DNA of 52,823 nt, counting the filler, from Sphacelaria rigidula (Eukaryota): NCBI GenBank assembly GCA_964200075.2. It is 4 parts of 4 records of this genome, joined end to end, with 100 filler letters (N's around TTAATTAATTAA, not from the genome) between each part and the next. Parts side by side here need not be neighbours in the genome. Positions count along the whole stretch, not along the records: positions 1 to 13,131 come from CAXNAA020003128.1; positions 13,232 to 26,362 come from CAXNAA020003129.1; 2 more parts are not named here. One strand, given 5' to 3'. Under the pieces are notes generated by a model, which saw only the letters and a program-made list of their open reading frames with translations, had not been told where the DNA came from and did no database searches. A program made the translations under genes and the position numbers. Positions 11,556-23,592 of the stretch are shown here, in pieces. Within the stretch, counting starts at the first letter, position 1, and each line of letters opens with the position of its first letter.

Positions 11556-11608
11556 ATGACATCTCGATCGAGCGTGACACGTGTGCGCGGGGGAGGTGGT
11601 GCAAGTCG
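11556..11608 (+). CDS. DNAI4: Exon 1 of DNAI4/WDR78-like axonemal dynein intermediate chain
   Basis: CACCATG start and a 53-nt exon ending CG|GTAAGT. Phase 2 matches the acceptor TGATCAG|G at 11760/11761. Confidence 0.55.
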
Positions 11609-11760
11609 GTAAGTGTCCAGCTTGTCTACAATCCTTTAAGTTGTACCCAACAAAACCGGATCCACGCATGATGAACGATGAACCGTTTGACGGAATCCAA
11701 GGATCCTTGCAACTGCAATCCAAAACACATGTTCAAAACCCCCACCTTATCTCTGATCAG

Positions 11761-12261
11761 GTCAAAGATTGGCATCTCGCGTGTTGGAGGATCCCGAAGC
11801 AGAGCTGGCGTGTCCACCGGTGTCAGTGGCCACACAGGAGGGGGTATTGACGGAATACGCGTCTTCCACGATGGCGTCAACGTCACCCCACAGAGTCTCC
11901 TGTGCGCATCTGCTCCTTCCAAATCCCACCGGAAAGCCTCGTCCGAGTCGCCGACCAAGCGGCCGTCCGCCTCCACGGGAGGGGGTGTCCCAGCGCGTAA
12001 AAAGTTGAGTCTTTCAGTTGATTCACAGCCGGGCACCGTAACTGCCAACTCAAGGGTGGATGGTGGTGGTGGAGCCGGCGGCACTAGCAGTAGTGCTAAG
12101 TCACCAGGGCGCCGAAAGCGAGAAGGTCCGGCGGATGATCGAGGACCGACAGAAGAGGACCTCAACGCTCCGGTGACGGTAAGGCTCAGCGAGACGCCCA
12201 CTGTAATGCTGTTGGAGATTCAAGGTTCCGCCGTTGCCACGGATCTTCGCGAGTTTGGTGG
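11761..12261 (+). CDS. DNAI4: Exon 2 of DNAI4/WDR78 (IC138)-like dynein intermediate chain; rest of gene is beyond the contig end
   Basis: IRVFHDGVNVTPQSL and EEDLNAPVTVRLSETPTVMLLEI resemble the conserved WDR78 N-terminal motifs as I recall them. Donor GTGAGT at 12262. No WD40 repeats are present in the window. Confidence 0.6.
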
Positions 12262-13131
12262 GTGAGTGCCATTGCGCGGAAAAAATGCTAGTGTGTAACG
12301 TTGGTTTGTTGATATATATGCAGTGTACCGTGCGGTGAACGGTTGGCACTTGAAAAGTGAAAATGAGGGACGATATATTGTCCTGTACTGATTCATGAAG
12401 AGCGGATCCAATAATACCCCCTCACATGGTTACTGGTGAAGAATCTTGCGCAGTAAATGGTCCATATAGAAAAAGATGTCCCGTGAGATATCTCGCAAAG
12501 CACCAAATATTGAAATGTAACAGTAGCACGACTATAGTTATGTGGTCAATGGACGTCTGTATCTGTCGGAAAAATTGAAGTCCCGTACGTCGATGATAAT
12601 AAACATGTATTCTATGGACGTGCATGGGGCCGCATTTCGTACCGATGATTTTTTCCTCGAAGTTTTGAACACAATATTCTGACGATTATATGGTGTTGCT
12701 TCGATGGGGGAGGTTGGTTCCGAGTTATATTCGATTTCTAGGATCTCCATCTGTGACTGGACATTTTGTGCTAAAAATGTTTACCGTATTTCTCGTCCAC
12801 ACAACGCGTGGCACGTACATGATGTTCTACAACACGAGAAAAATATACTTGCGTGCAGATTGGGCTGGTTCTCCAAATCCTGAACATCATCGGTCATTGA
12901 GCTCCCAGGCATAGTTAGACGTCTGAAGCTAAGCTTGGCCCGCTTCATGAGAGTGTGTTATTGGATTCGGAGCTAAGTTGAACACTGTTTCGAGGTGGAG
13001 TTTTGAAGTTACCTGGAGACCGTAACGTACCCCCTGTAGAGGGGGTAGGGCGACACTTTCTACGATAGCCCCCCCCCAAAACCAGCTGAAAGTGTCACGA
13101 AAAAGTGGCCATACAGCGCCTGATGTTCGGG

Positions 13132-13231
13132 NNNNNNNNNNNNNNNNNNNNNNNNNNNNNNNNNNNNNNNNNNNNTTAATTAATTAANNNNNNNNNNNNN
13201 NNNNNNNNNNNNNNNNNNNNNNNNNNNNNNN
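13132..13231. other. Artificial contig linker
   Basis: 100 bp of N with a central TTAATTAATTAA (stops in all six frames). Confidence 0.97.
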
Positions 13232-13510
13232 AACGCCTCGTACTCTGGGAGTGTACGTCAATGCACGTACGTCACCTCAAAAAAATCGGGGGGAAACCGT
13301 TCCGAAATCGTGACCCCGCGATTTTTTCGGCCCCGATTTGGTCCAAATCCGTGTCCATGAAATGCGTTCCCCGATTTTTTGGCACCCCGACTTTGAAAAA
13401 ATCAAGATTCGTGCTTGCCATAAAAGTGGGTCTTTGCAAGATGAACGGTTCACACATCGGACGGATCATATCGTGACAGATCCGGGTCGGCTCATTTGCG
13501 ACATAGATCG

Positions 13511-13882
13511 TAATCTGTCCAAGGTGCGCTGTCACCCGTGCACGTTTGTCTCATGGGGATCTGTAGAGCCCGTTTGACCCGTAGATACGGTATGTGCCGA
13601 GTCACGAGCTGTGTGACTTGCTTCACACACACACTTTCATATAAGTACATCTGCAGGATTGCGTCATGTGTACAAAATCACATCGTTGTCATCTATAATA
13701 TGTCCAAGGTGTGCTGTCACCCGTGCGCGTTTGTCTCATGGGGATCTGTAGAGCCCGTTTGACCCGTAGGTACGGTATGTGCCGAGTGACGAGCTGTGTG
13801 ACTTGCTTCACACACACACTTTCATATAAGTAGATCTGCAAGATTGCGTCATCTGTACAAAATCACATCGTTGTCATCTATA
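13511..13882. repeat. Tandem duplication, 185-bp period, two near-identical copies
   Basis: TGTCCAAGGTG.GCTGTCACCCGTGC at 13516 and 13701; both copies end in CATCGTTGTCATCTATA. Confidence 0.9.
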
Positions 13883-14728
13883 TTACTTGGCTCTTCAGGC
13901 GCAGCAGCTCGTCAGCCCGTGTGATCTGAATCTCATGTATTCCAAAAGCTACCCCTCACCTGTGGAATCCGAATCCAGTGTACAAGAAACAGTTCTCGCA
14001 CCCGTTTAAACCGAATCCAGTATACAAGATACAATGTGCAGTCTTCCTCACCTGCTAACAAGTATGACCCTGGTGCATGATGCATGCTCACAATACCAAA
14101 GGTTGAAGTCGTCGCGGAACGCAATATTTTGCAAAACCAGGGGACTTCTTTACTTCGGTAGCAGTAACAGTAGTGGTGAGGAATGCTGGCTGTGCTTCGC
14201 GTAGATGAGACATACGGTCAGTTGTGCCAACAGCAGTATGGACGACTGTTTTCGTATTTCCTCGTTCAGGGTGAGCTTTAGACTTCTGTCACTCAAGATC
14301 AGGTCATCATGTGGACTCCTCCCGTCACGGGCACATGGGCTTCAGCAGCTTTAGTTATTCATGTATTAACCCTCAGCATAGTACAGGAGAACAGGACCAT
14401 AGCCTCTCTCCACCAGAGTAGCAAAACCGGGCCTACTCGTCATGGACGTCACCGTCACAGAGTCCGGCAATCAGACCCGCAACTCCACCTGCTAAGGTCC
14501 CTAACCTTAGGTAACAATGATCGCTAGAGTCTACAGAGCACTCATATGTGGCTGGAAAAGGAAGCGTCGTTATAGCTCCATGCTCAATTGACACATCATG
14601 ACGGTGTTCGGCCGGTGTCTGACAAATATTTGCGGAGATAAGTCATCGACGTGTACATTGCCGGCGTGGATTAAGCACGGGTGGCTCCCGCAAGCCCGCC
14701 CAACGTTCAACCGTATGTATGGCCTTTG

Positions 14729-15950
14729 CAAGGGCAGATCGAGTAGAGTATGTACTTTTGAGTGCTCGAGCAAAATACCCGAGTATTTACTCTATTCAAA
14801 GTTTGAGTAGGTCGAGTACGGCCTCAAATACTCGACTTAAATTTGGGGTGAGAGATTGAACGGCCTAACATACCCCGCTCAATGTTTTAGTATCTCGAGT
14901 ACGACCTCCAATACTCTACTCAAATATTGAGTAAGCACTCTCAGTAATACTTGAGTGTAGAGTATCACTTGGGTATGACCTCAATACTCTACTCGAAATT
15001 TGAGTAGGAATAGGAAACTCCAATTATGGAGGCCATGAGTTCGAATCCAGACAGATTCTCTTTTTTCCGTCCGTCGTTAAAGTCATATATTATGTAGTAC
15101 ATTTTTTTCTTTTTCTTTTTTCATCCAGCGGCGGTGCCGTGTGTTACCAGGTTGGTCTGCATTTCACAGTGATAAGCCTGCATCGGGTTTATTCGGGAAA
15201 CTGGGAAAGCTGTAGTGTGGACAACGTTTGGCCGCTTTTAAGCTGACCCAGCTCGTACTGAAATTTCGGGTGGGTTGAGTACGGCCTCAAATACTCTACT
15301 CCAATATTGAGTAGATCGAGTGCGACCCCCAATACTCAAATTTTGAGTGAGCACTCTCACTAATACTCGAGTATAGAGTGTCACTTGGGTATGACCTCAA
15401 TACTCTACTCAAATTTTGGGGACATTGAGAATGACCTCAAATACTCTACTCAAATTTTGAGTAGATCGAGTACGACCTCCAATACTCTGCTCAAAATATT
15501 GAGTAAGCACTTTCAGTAATACGTCAGTATTTACTCTACCTGAGTTTGAGTATCTTGCGTACGAACTTTAATACTAAAGCTAAAGTTATACCGAAGGTTT
15601 TGGTGACACGGGGTCCGGCCTCAGATATTCTACTCAACTTTCGGGCATATTTGGTATGACCTCAAATACTGTATTCTACTCAAAATTTGAGTAGATTGAG
15701 TATGACCTGACATACCCTACTCAAATTTTGAGTAGATCGAGTACGGCCTCAAATACTCTACTCAAATATTGGGTAGATCGAGTACGACCTCCAATACTCT
15801 ACTCAAATATTGAGTAAGCACTTTCAGTAATACTTGAGTACAGAATATCACTTGGGAATGGCCTCAAAACTCTACTCAAAAGTTGAGTACTCACAGTTTG
15901 AATCTTCGAAAATAATGAGTACTGAGTATACTCTACTCGACCTGCCCTTG
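14729..15950. mobile_element. Non-autonomous hAT-like DNA transposon built largely of ~41-bp palindromic repeats
   Basis: TIRs CAAGGGCAGATCGAGTAGAGTA / TACTCTACTCGACCTGCCCTTG. 8-bp TSD GGCCTTTG (14721-14728) / GACCTTTG (15951-15958). Internal unit TACTCTACTCAAATTTTGAGTAGATCGAGTACGGCCTCAAA. Confidence 0.85.
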
Positions 15951-16434
15951 GACCTTTGCGATTTGCGAGTGATCTGATATCCATATGACCTGTTTGACCT
16001 ATACACATTTCTCAGCTGGTGACCTGAAGGACCCGGTTGCTCTGTACGTATGGCTCGTTGAACGATCTATCCGACCCGTTTGATTTGTTCGAATCCGCTT
16101 GACGGTGATCTGTATGACCCGAGTTGCTTGTACTAGGGTGTCCATAAGTGTTTTGTATACTCCGTTTCATCCGTACATCGCCTCCTTAGACACACCTGTG
16201 CAATCCGAATGAGGTGTACTCAAAACGCCGGTAGCAACCTGTGATACTCTCACGACTCGTACAAGATACCTCCCTCGTGATCGATGATACCCGAAACACG
16301 GGAGCCGTTTCATAACTAGTTGCACTGTGTCATCCGAATCGTGCATATCTGTATAACCCGGGTGACACAGATAATGATCTGTCAGGCGTGTGGAACGTTT
16401 TGCATCATACTGTGTGCGTCGCACACATACATAC

Positions 16435-16695
16435 TGTGGGCATCTCACTTCTCGCCACGGCAGAGTTTTCCGACTCCTGCGCTTCTGGCTTCTCTGTCTC
16501 GTTTTTCGCCACTACAGAGCTCCCCTCCCCCTCCCTGCTGTCGCCTGCCCCTCCCTCTACCGTCGTCGCTTCTGACGAGACGTGCCCCTGTCCAGCTTCA
16601 CCTTTAGCAGGCTCTTCTGCCGACTCTCCTTCAACGACGTTGGCGTCGCTGCTCTTGCTTTCCACCGGTGCAAAAATCAAATCGAGGAAGAAATC
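16435..16695 (-). CDS. Internal exon of a PTEN/tensin-type C2 domain protein (end of C2 plus acidic linker)
   Basis: Acceptor TCGCAG|GAT TTC TTC. DFFLDLIFAPV is the typical last strand of PTEN-type C2 domains. The donor ACA|GTATGT is the likely, not certain, end. Confidence 0.7.
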
Positions 16696-17427
16696 CTGCG
16701 ATAACCAACGATGACGGAACATGAGATTATGCAAAAAGCATCACGCAAGCACAGTGTGGCCACACAACGCATATTATATTGGTCTGTAAGATATGAAAAC
16801 ATAGTCTGAACACCCAGAGTGTGTATTTTTGCGGGTATGTTCGACCATGGTATGCCAACACGATCATGAAGGCTAGCAAACTGACGTGTGCTTGACCTTT
16901 GCCGTGTATTGAACTACCACCGATAAACTAATTCAAGGTACACCACGGCTACATGTAGCGGTCAGCTAAACTGGATCTTGCGGTACCAACCAATCGGCAG
17001 CTGGCGGGATTTCGCCCTGGCTGCGCGATATCCCTGATACCCAAAAACCTCGGGGGGAAATGAACCTACTTCTATCTTACAGGAGCATTCACCTCTTCCA
17101 ACAAACGACAAAGAAACGACTGGAAGCGGACCAGACCGATACGTCGCCGCTCATGCTGTATGTAACGTGAAACCTTACCGACACATTACAATGCCAACGC
17201 AATGTTCAGGTGTGACAGGAAGTATCTCGACATCTGTGACGCTACTGACCATCAGGATCAGTTTCGTCAATCGGCAGATCTCCGCTGAGATAGTCCCAGC
17301 GACACATTACGTCGCGGTCAGCAGAAGCAAAATTCCCTGTCGAAGAAAGTGAAGACACCAAAGAAACGCCTTGTTCACCCTGGTGCGCCTCTACCCCGAG
17401 GTACGCGATGAAGTATTTTGCCATCAC

Positions 17428-17571
17428 CTGGTGAAATCTGTCGTCTGCACAGGCGCCGTCGAGCTGCTGTTTGGTAAGCCTCAGTACGCCGCACGGCACA
17501 TACCCGGTGTGGAACGCCGCTCGGAACATGGAAACCCTTTTTCCACTGGAACTCAAGTGCCGACACCGTAC
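17428..17571 (-). CDS. Internal exon of a PTEN/tensin-type C2 domain protein
   Basis: 144 nt, phase 0/0, TTTGTTCAG|...CAG|GTGATG. Encodes VRCRHLSSSGKRVSMFRAAFHTGYVPCGVLRLTKQQLDGACADDRFHQ, matching the MFR.xFHT...L.K..LD C2 signature. Confidence 0.85.
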
Positions 17572-19016
17572 CTGAACAAATGAAGGAGACAACAACAGGT
17601 CACCTTTTCTCGTGCGAATTGAGGAGCCTATGTTCTAGTTTGGATAGTCCTTGTTGAATCTTGCTGGCCCCTAGCCTCGTCACCCAACTCCTACTTGAAT
17701 GTTTTCATGCACACCGCACCATTATTCACGGCGTGGGGTCGGTCACTGTACTCAATATCAACTACTTCATGTGAAAACACAGTCACCAGAAAACGAAGTT
17801 CCCCGAAAGCCTACACGAATCTAAAGCAATACAAAACATGCGCATGATACAACCAACATCCCTCGTTACATTTTATGCACACAAAAACTCTTGTAAAGTG
17901 AATAACCAATACTCCCAATAGGCTCGATTAACCTGTCCGTACTAAGCACCATCACACTGCCGATATTGGCCCATGTCTTCTCTGCTCGGCACAATTGAAT
18001 TATTTATGTTTCGTAAAATACATTACCCAATACTTGCGCCAAAATCGGGGATTTGTTAGATCCACGCAAGCCTTCAAGGTTCGAAAATGACACGCACAAT
18101 GAGCACTATGCTGCCTCTTGTACATGTCACACCAGTACAAAAAAGTGGGTAGTGCAACCCCACGCAGTAGTCGTGCTTCAGGCATGCACTCATCATGAGC
18201 AGAACCCAGCAACCGCGTCACACGCAGGAAACCTTACCGATATACACAACCTACAAATGGTACTGCGCTGTATTAGTGATGATGCTTTTGTGACGTGCGG
18301 TACGCGTATCTATGCCGCGGCCGTGAGCCAGGCCAAAAACAAATTCACTCGGGGGGGCAATATCCTGTTATTCGGAATGTATTTTCTAAAACATACGTCG
18401 ACGGCTCCACCACTTCTGCACGGGGCGATGCAAAAGTTGACTAAAACAACAGCACGTCCGTGCAGTGAGGGAAGCATGTGGCCTGGTGAAGTTCTCGCCG
18501 TCAAAACCTGAGATCGCTTCCAGCAGGCAGGGGTGCGTGTCTCTATACCAACATGACTTGCAGCAAAAGCAGCATGTACCTGATGAACGAAACATGTCTG
18601 GCCTTGACCGAAGTCTAGATGTCTGTTGACAACTCCGACGTACAGTGGAGAGTACAACCCGGTTCTTCGCCGCTCATTCACAGGTGACATGATGCCACAG
18701 CGGGCACTTCGGAGCATGCTCCGGACACGCTGCATGCTCGGAGAGTGGGGTGCTTGCTAATATGGCCACTGCTTCCACGCCTCGCGCACACCACGGTACA
18801 GGTCAGCAGGGAGCCTTTCAATTATGTATCCCTTGGTGTATGACATGATCTTTCCAAGGGTCAATACGCATCAACACAACGTAACGTACTGCGCTAGAGA
18901 GAAATGTACCCATTGGATTTGTCTGTTCGTAAAACAGGGGAATAAATACTACAACCAGGTGAGAGATGGTTTGATCGAACGTCAAATACCATGCACTGTC
19001 TCGACGAAGGCGATGA

Positions 19017-19330
19017 GGGGTGTGCTCATGATCATGCATGCCCTTGTCGTCAGACCATTGACCTCGCATCCCTACAAAGCCGGGACGGAGCACGCCGGGT
19101 CTTCGCCGGACCAGGCTCGCACTCAATTACCAAGCGCGAAGCGCCGTCGTGGGTTCGGCGAGTCGCATGAAGGGTGCGCTGCATTTTGCTCAGATTGTTC
19201 GGCCCGACGCCTACTGATGATCTTGCATTTGGATGACAGCCTCCAATAAATTGCTTCATATTCTGGTATCGCCACTTCCAGAGACAGCCACGGCTTATAA
19301 ACTGCCTCATGGATGACTCACCATCTCAAC
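19017..19330 (-). mobile_element. 3' fragment of a LINE (subfamily A), in an intron
   Basis: Reverse-strand match to 7-93 and 893-954, ending CATGAGCACACCCC. The 5' boundary is approximate. Confidence 0.7.
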
Positions 19331-19702
19331 ATTACGTTGTACGATCATCCCCATTGTGCGGAGTTGAGGCTCTCCCACGCCGCACAACATGATCTAGCTT
19401 GATGACCACTATGGTTACCGTAGAAAAAACGCAAGCGCGCAACAAAACAACGTAACCTGATTGCCTCGCTTAGGCAGTGAGTGGCGTGTTATACAGCGTC
19501 ATCACCAACCGACGCCAATCCCATCGGGGGTCTGCGGGTGGGGGTGGGGGGAGTCCGCTCTGTATGCGAATCAATGACGCCGTATGTATTTTCGGTGTCC
19601 TTCTCCCGTAGCCATGCGCGTCTGTAAAAGATACCGCGTCTGGCCCGGGAATGAGAGGATAGTTTCGAAACAGGTCGCAAAAAATATAACGGAAACACTC
19701 AC

Positions 19703-19892
19703 GAGCAAGTCGCCCTGAAGAACGCAGTCAACCGGGAACGCGATGCTGTGGTCACTTGTGTACGCCCAGGGAAGGGTATCAGGAGCGGTGCCAGACTTCT
19801 CGGTGCCTACGGTCCCCATCCCGTCCCCATCAGCAGCCTCTTCCGCCCCTTCCGCACTTATTGCTGCTGATGATGCCAACCCTTCCGCGGGC
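19703..19892 (-). CDS. Internal exon of a PTEN/tensin-type C2 domain protein
   Basis: Acceptor GACTCAG|G and donor CTC|GTGAGT. SIAFPVDCVLQGDLL joins in frame to VRCRH, giving the canonical .QGD....C.H motif. Upstream exons were not found. Confidence 0.75.
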
Positions 19893-20629
19893 CTGAGTCA
19901 TAGCAACCGTTGTGCAACCACGTAACCAAACACGACATGCAGTGGGGAAGGGGCATGCAAAACCTTCGCCTACCCCAACTTCGCAAGTTCCAGCAAAAGC
20001 ATAATCGAGGACCAGGAAACATCCAGCAGCGGGATACACTTGTATGTACAGAAATCTTGACAACGTGCATGTCAGACGTGCCGATACAGGCAGCCCAACC
20101 ATGAGATTGCAAGCAAGTCTCGTGTACGACTTGTAGTACGCGAAGTAGGTGGACAATTTTCCCTTCTTGTATTATTAGGAACGACGACGAGAACATCCTT
20201 GTGGAAAGGCGGTGGACAAGAGTGCCGCATCATTTGCACTGCTCTAAAACGCAAGCACATCAACCCGATGTAGCAGGCCTGGGGCTTACATGGATGTTGG
20301 ACACAGTTCCGTATATCATCACACGTGGCCAACCAATGCCTTGTGAAATACATGGGATCCCCGGAAATACGATTCCCAGTAAATCCCGAGTAAAATGAGT
20401 AAATCTGGGGACACCGGCCTGGCTTGTACGAAAGTTGTACCCTCGAGATTGGGGTCGCGATCCTATACGCCATGTGTCTCGTGTGATCGGTGTCCGACCG
20501 AGCTGAAGATATCCATTAGTAACAATACGTTATGCGTTTTGTTATCTGTAATGCTGCAGCTATGACGCTCCGCTGGCCCACGACGCGCGCCAGGGCAACC
20601 AGCAAAACAGGAGAGCTGCTAGCAATACC

Positions 20630-20938
20630 CTGAAAGGCACATGTCTACTGGTGGTGGCGTGCGGTGATAGCGCAACTGTGTTGATACTACTGCGCACTAC
20701 TTACTATTATGTAATACCCGTACTGTCTGTAGTGTCTTGTACTGTACAGTATCTCCATTGTACTGCACCAGCTGCACTCTATGCCCAGAAAGGCATGTGG
20801 CTACTTGTGGTGGTAGTACTGTGGTAGTGCAACCATGCATAAACTGCTGCGCACGACTCAACTACTCGTAATGGCCGTACTGCCTGTATTGCATGTACCG
20901 TACAACAGCTCCGTTTCATTGTACCCTACAGCTGCACG
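20630..20938. repeat. Diverged tandem duplication (~155-bp unit)
   Basis: GAAAGGCA...CTACT.GTGGTGG...CTGCGCAC.ACT...CATTGTAC...CAGCTGCAC occurs twice (about 20630-20778 and 20786-20938). Confidence 0.65.
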
Positions 20939-21863
20939 CATGTATACGCGCACCAAAAAGAGAACAAACACACTATCGTGTAGCCATCGCCCCCATGCCT
21001 CCTCTTTGTCGCAGACCTGGACTAGGGTGCAGGGTACAATCGCGTTTTACCCTGCTGCGATCGCGCCGGTGGGACTATCAGCTAAACTACTGTTCTCAGG
21101 CGAAGCCTTGGCGACAGTCGACCGTACAGAAAGCGAGGCGTCTGTACGGCACGTGTACCCTACAAAAGTCGTCGAAAATACTCGAGCAAACATATAGTAC
21201 GCATATTTGAAGCGCAGCGGGTGACATTTTGGTAGACCTGGAGAAACGGAGTTCCGAATCGTACGTACGGAATAAACCGTGACTAGAGCTATTCGCACAT
21301 ACATTTTCACCATAAACGCAGATGCCGGGGCGGCGCGACGCACACGGCACCGACTTTCTCCTCTGTGCAAGTCTGGTACATATATGATGGCCAGTTACGG
21401 TCCCAGAATATGTGTTGAAAACTAGCATGTACCAACCACAATCTCGCCCACTCTGCCTGCGAAGTGGCTCAATATCAAACTGTGGCATATCTAGTTCCAT
21501 CAATGCGCTCTAGACCGCATTCGCAGTCTAAGCTGTTAGTCAGGGATTGCACACTTGTAGTGCAACATCCTGTCGTGCAGAATTACATTCCATCCTTTCT
21601 AGAGGCTCGTGAACCGTTTGATGACTAAGGGGTAGTTACTCTGAGTACGCGCGAGCCAATGCTAGATATTTCCACTTCATGCTACTCTACGATTCCTTCT
21701 GTACCACATACTTCCGTATCTTCGCACTTAGGGGGTGACCGACCTAGGAGAAGTAAAGCGTAAGAGCGTGAAAATTGAAAACCTTGATAACAATTCGTTC
21801 GAGATAACAGTGTTGGAGTATCGGACGTTTTTTTCTATTTTGAGTGGTGTATAAAAGAGGCTA

Positions 21864-23030
21864 CAGGCTGGGCCAGCCTACAAGCGGATTTGTACTTTGC
21901 AGGCGAATTCGCAATTTTTTTCTTGGAGTTGGAGAGTGAAATTTGGTATGGACAATCAAGAGGGCATGAAGAAAAGCTGTCTGCGAGGTCCCAACGATTT
22001 TTTTTCTTCTCGTGAGTTAAGGGCATTTTACTGAAACCTCAAAACTGATTTTTACCCTTAATTCACGAAAACAACTTGCCGGGACCTCACAGACAGCTTT
22101 TCTTCATGCCCTGTTGATTGTCCATACCAAATTTCACTTTCCAACTCCAAGAAAAAAATTGCGAATTTACATTCGAAAAACCGAGGCGGCGGAAATTCGG
22201 AAAAGTATTTTGCAGGCCGTTTATCGGCCCACGTTTGGTGTTTGTGGGTTGAAACTTTGTGCGGGACCTTCCCAGGTCGTCATTAACCAAGAAAAATGGG
22301 GGGAGGTTGGGTTCTATTGTTTTTTTCACTGATTGAGGGCGTTTTAGTATGGTAACGATCATGTTTTCAAGAGAACACCAGAATCTCTCATGAGAAAAAA
22401 AAATGAAGGTCCTTTTTTGTTTTTTTACACAGCGTACCTCTGTCGTTTTCCATGATAAGTTTCGAATCACAATTCTAAAAATTGAGCTGAAAAAAATAGA
22501 TGAGGCCCGAGAGCAATGTTCATTTCTCCTCAAAACGAAAAAGCTGTGTTTTTTATTTCATTATGCACTAGCGGTTCTCCATACCAAATTTCATGGCACA
22601 ACTCTCAAAAACTGAGACGCGATATCCAGATTTAGGTCATCTAGTGCCTCTGCTCGTAATATACTGATTTTAGTATGGGACCTTGTGTGCGCCATTTATC
22701 GAGATAGATGACGAATTAGGTGAAAGTGAGGGTATATATCGTCTCCCCGTGCTCCAGGGAAGGTCCACACCAAAAATCGCCATCATCTGCTTGATCGATC
22801 GTTCAGGGTTTCATATAGATTTTAGCGTGGACGCTATCTCCGTTAGGTATAGGAATTACTATATATGGGGTTTACTCGACGAGGAAAAAATTGGCCCAGT
22901 TTTTTGAGCAGGTGGGCACCTTACCCTTAATTGGACGATTAATACGATATGCGGATCACGGTCCAACTCGTCTGTGTCGTTGAGATATCGCTTTGAGAGC
23001 TTAAATTCGTTTTTAGGCTGGCCCAGCTCA
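21864..23030. mobile_element. Tc1/mariner-like non-autonomous element, copy 1
   Basis: TA|CAGGCTGGGCCAGCCTA ... TAGGCTGGCCCAGCTCA|TA. Internal 22430-22980 is similar to 24290-24875. Confidence 0.75.
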
Positions 23031-23592
23031 TACACGCGTCATGTTTAACCCAAGGCGAGGGGTAGGTTGCCAACACCCCTCGCAGTGCACACCCGTAAAT
23101 TTCATCGCGTTTGGGGCTTCAGCTAGTAGTTCGGACAAATTTGGGGGACGGTTGGTGGGGAGGGGGTGCTGCCCACTACGTTACCTGGATTGCTCATTGA
23201 GATTAAATCGCATTTTCGTTGTTACCAGCCGCTCTATTGAAGGCTTTGAACCCAAGTGATTCCATTGACGGACTGCTGCACATTACTTCATCTGCCAAAA
23301 TCTAGCCATGGTCACAGCCTAGACGGACCCAACGTGAAAAATGGACACACATGCTGGAAGTTACACGAGGGAGGGAGAAATATGAAAGACAAAAGACGAG
23401 ACAAAACAGAATAAACTGAGAGACGCCAGGCTAAGAAGCAGCAGTACGTGTGGCACATGACAACTCTGATCATCAATTGAAATTGAGTGCACGTCCACGT
23501 ATATTGACAGTGGGGAATCGCGAAAACTGACCCAGAGGACCCCAACATCTGTACAGTTTTGGTACCCTCGACTACCTTGTGCATTCACACTA

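Noticed and set aside
12392-12970. Possible MITE in the DNAI4-like intron (TCATGAAGAGCGG...CCGCTTCATGA)
   Set aside because: The inverted ends are short and imperfect, with no TSD and no second copy in the window.
13176-13187. TTAATTAATTAA as a biological motif or piggyBac target
   Set aside because: It is identical in the centre of all three N-runs, so it is an assembly linker.
14780-15940. CRISPR-like array of palindromic repeats (also 30600-30910)
   Set aside because: There are no unique spacers and no cas genes. The units are tandem and lie inside a TIR/TSD-bounded transposon in a eukaryotic context.
11556-19892. Linking the DNAI4-like exons to exons on the next segment, or treating the genes as a functional cluster
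   Set aside because: They are separated by an artificial linker, and the next segment's exons are on the opposite strand and encode a different domain.
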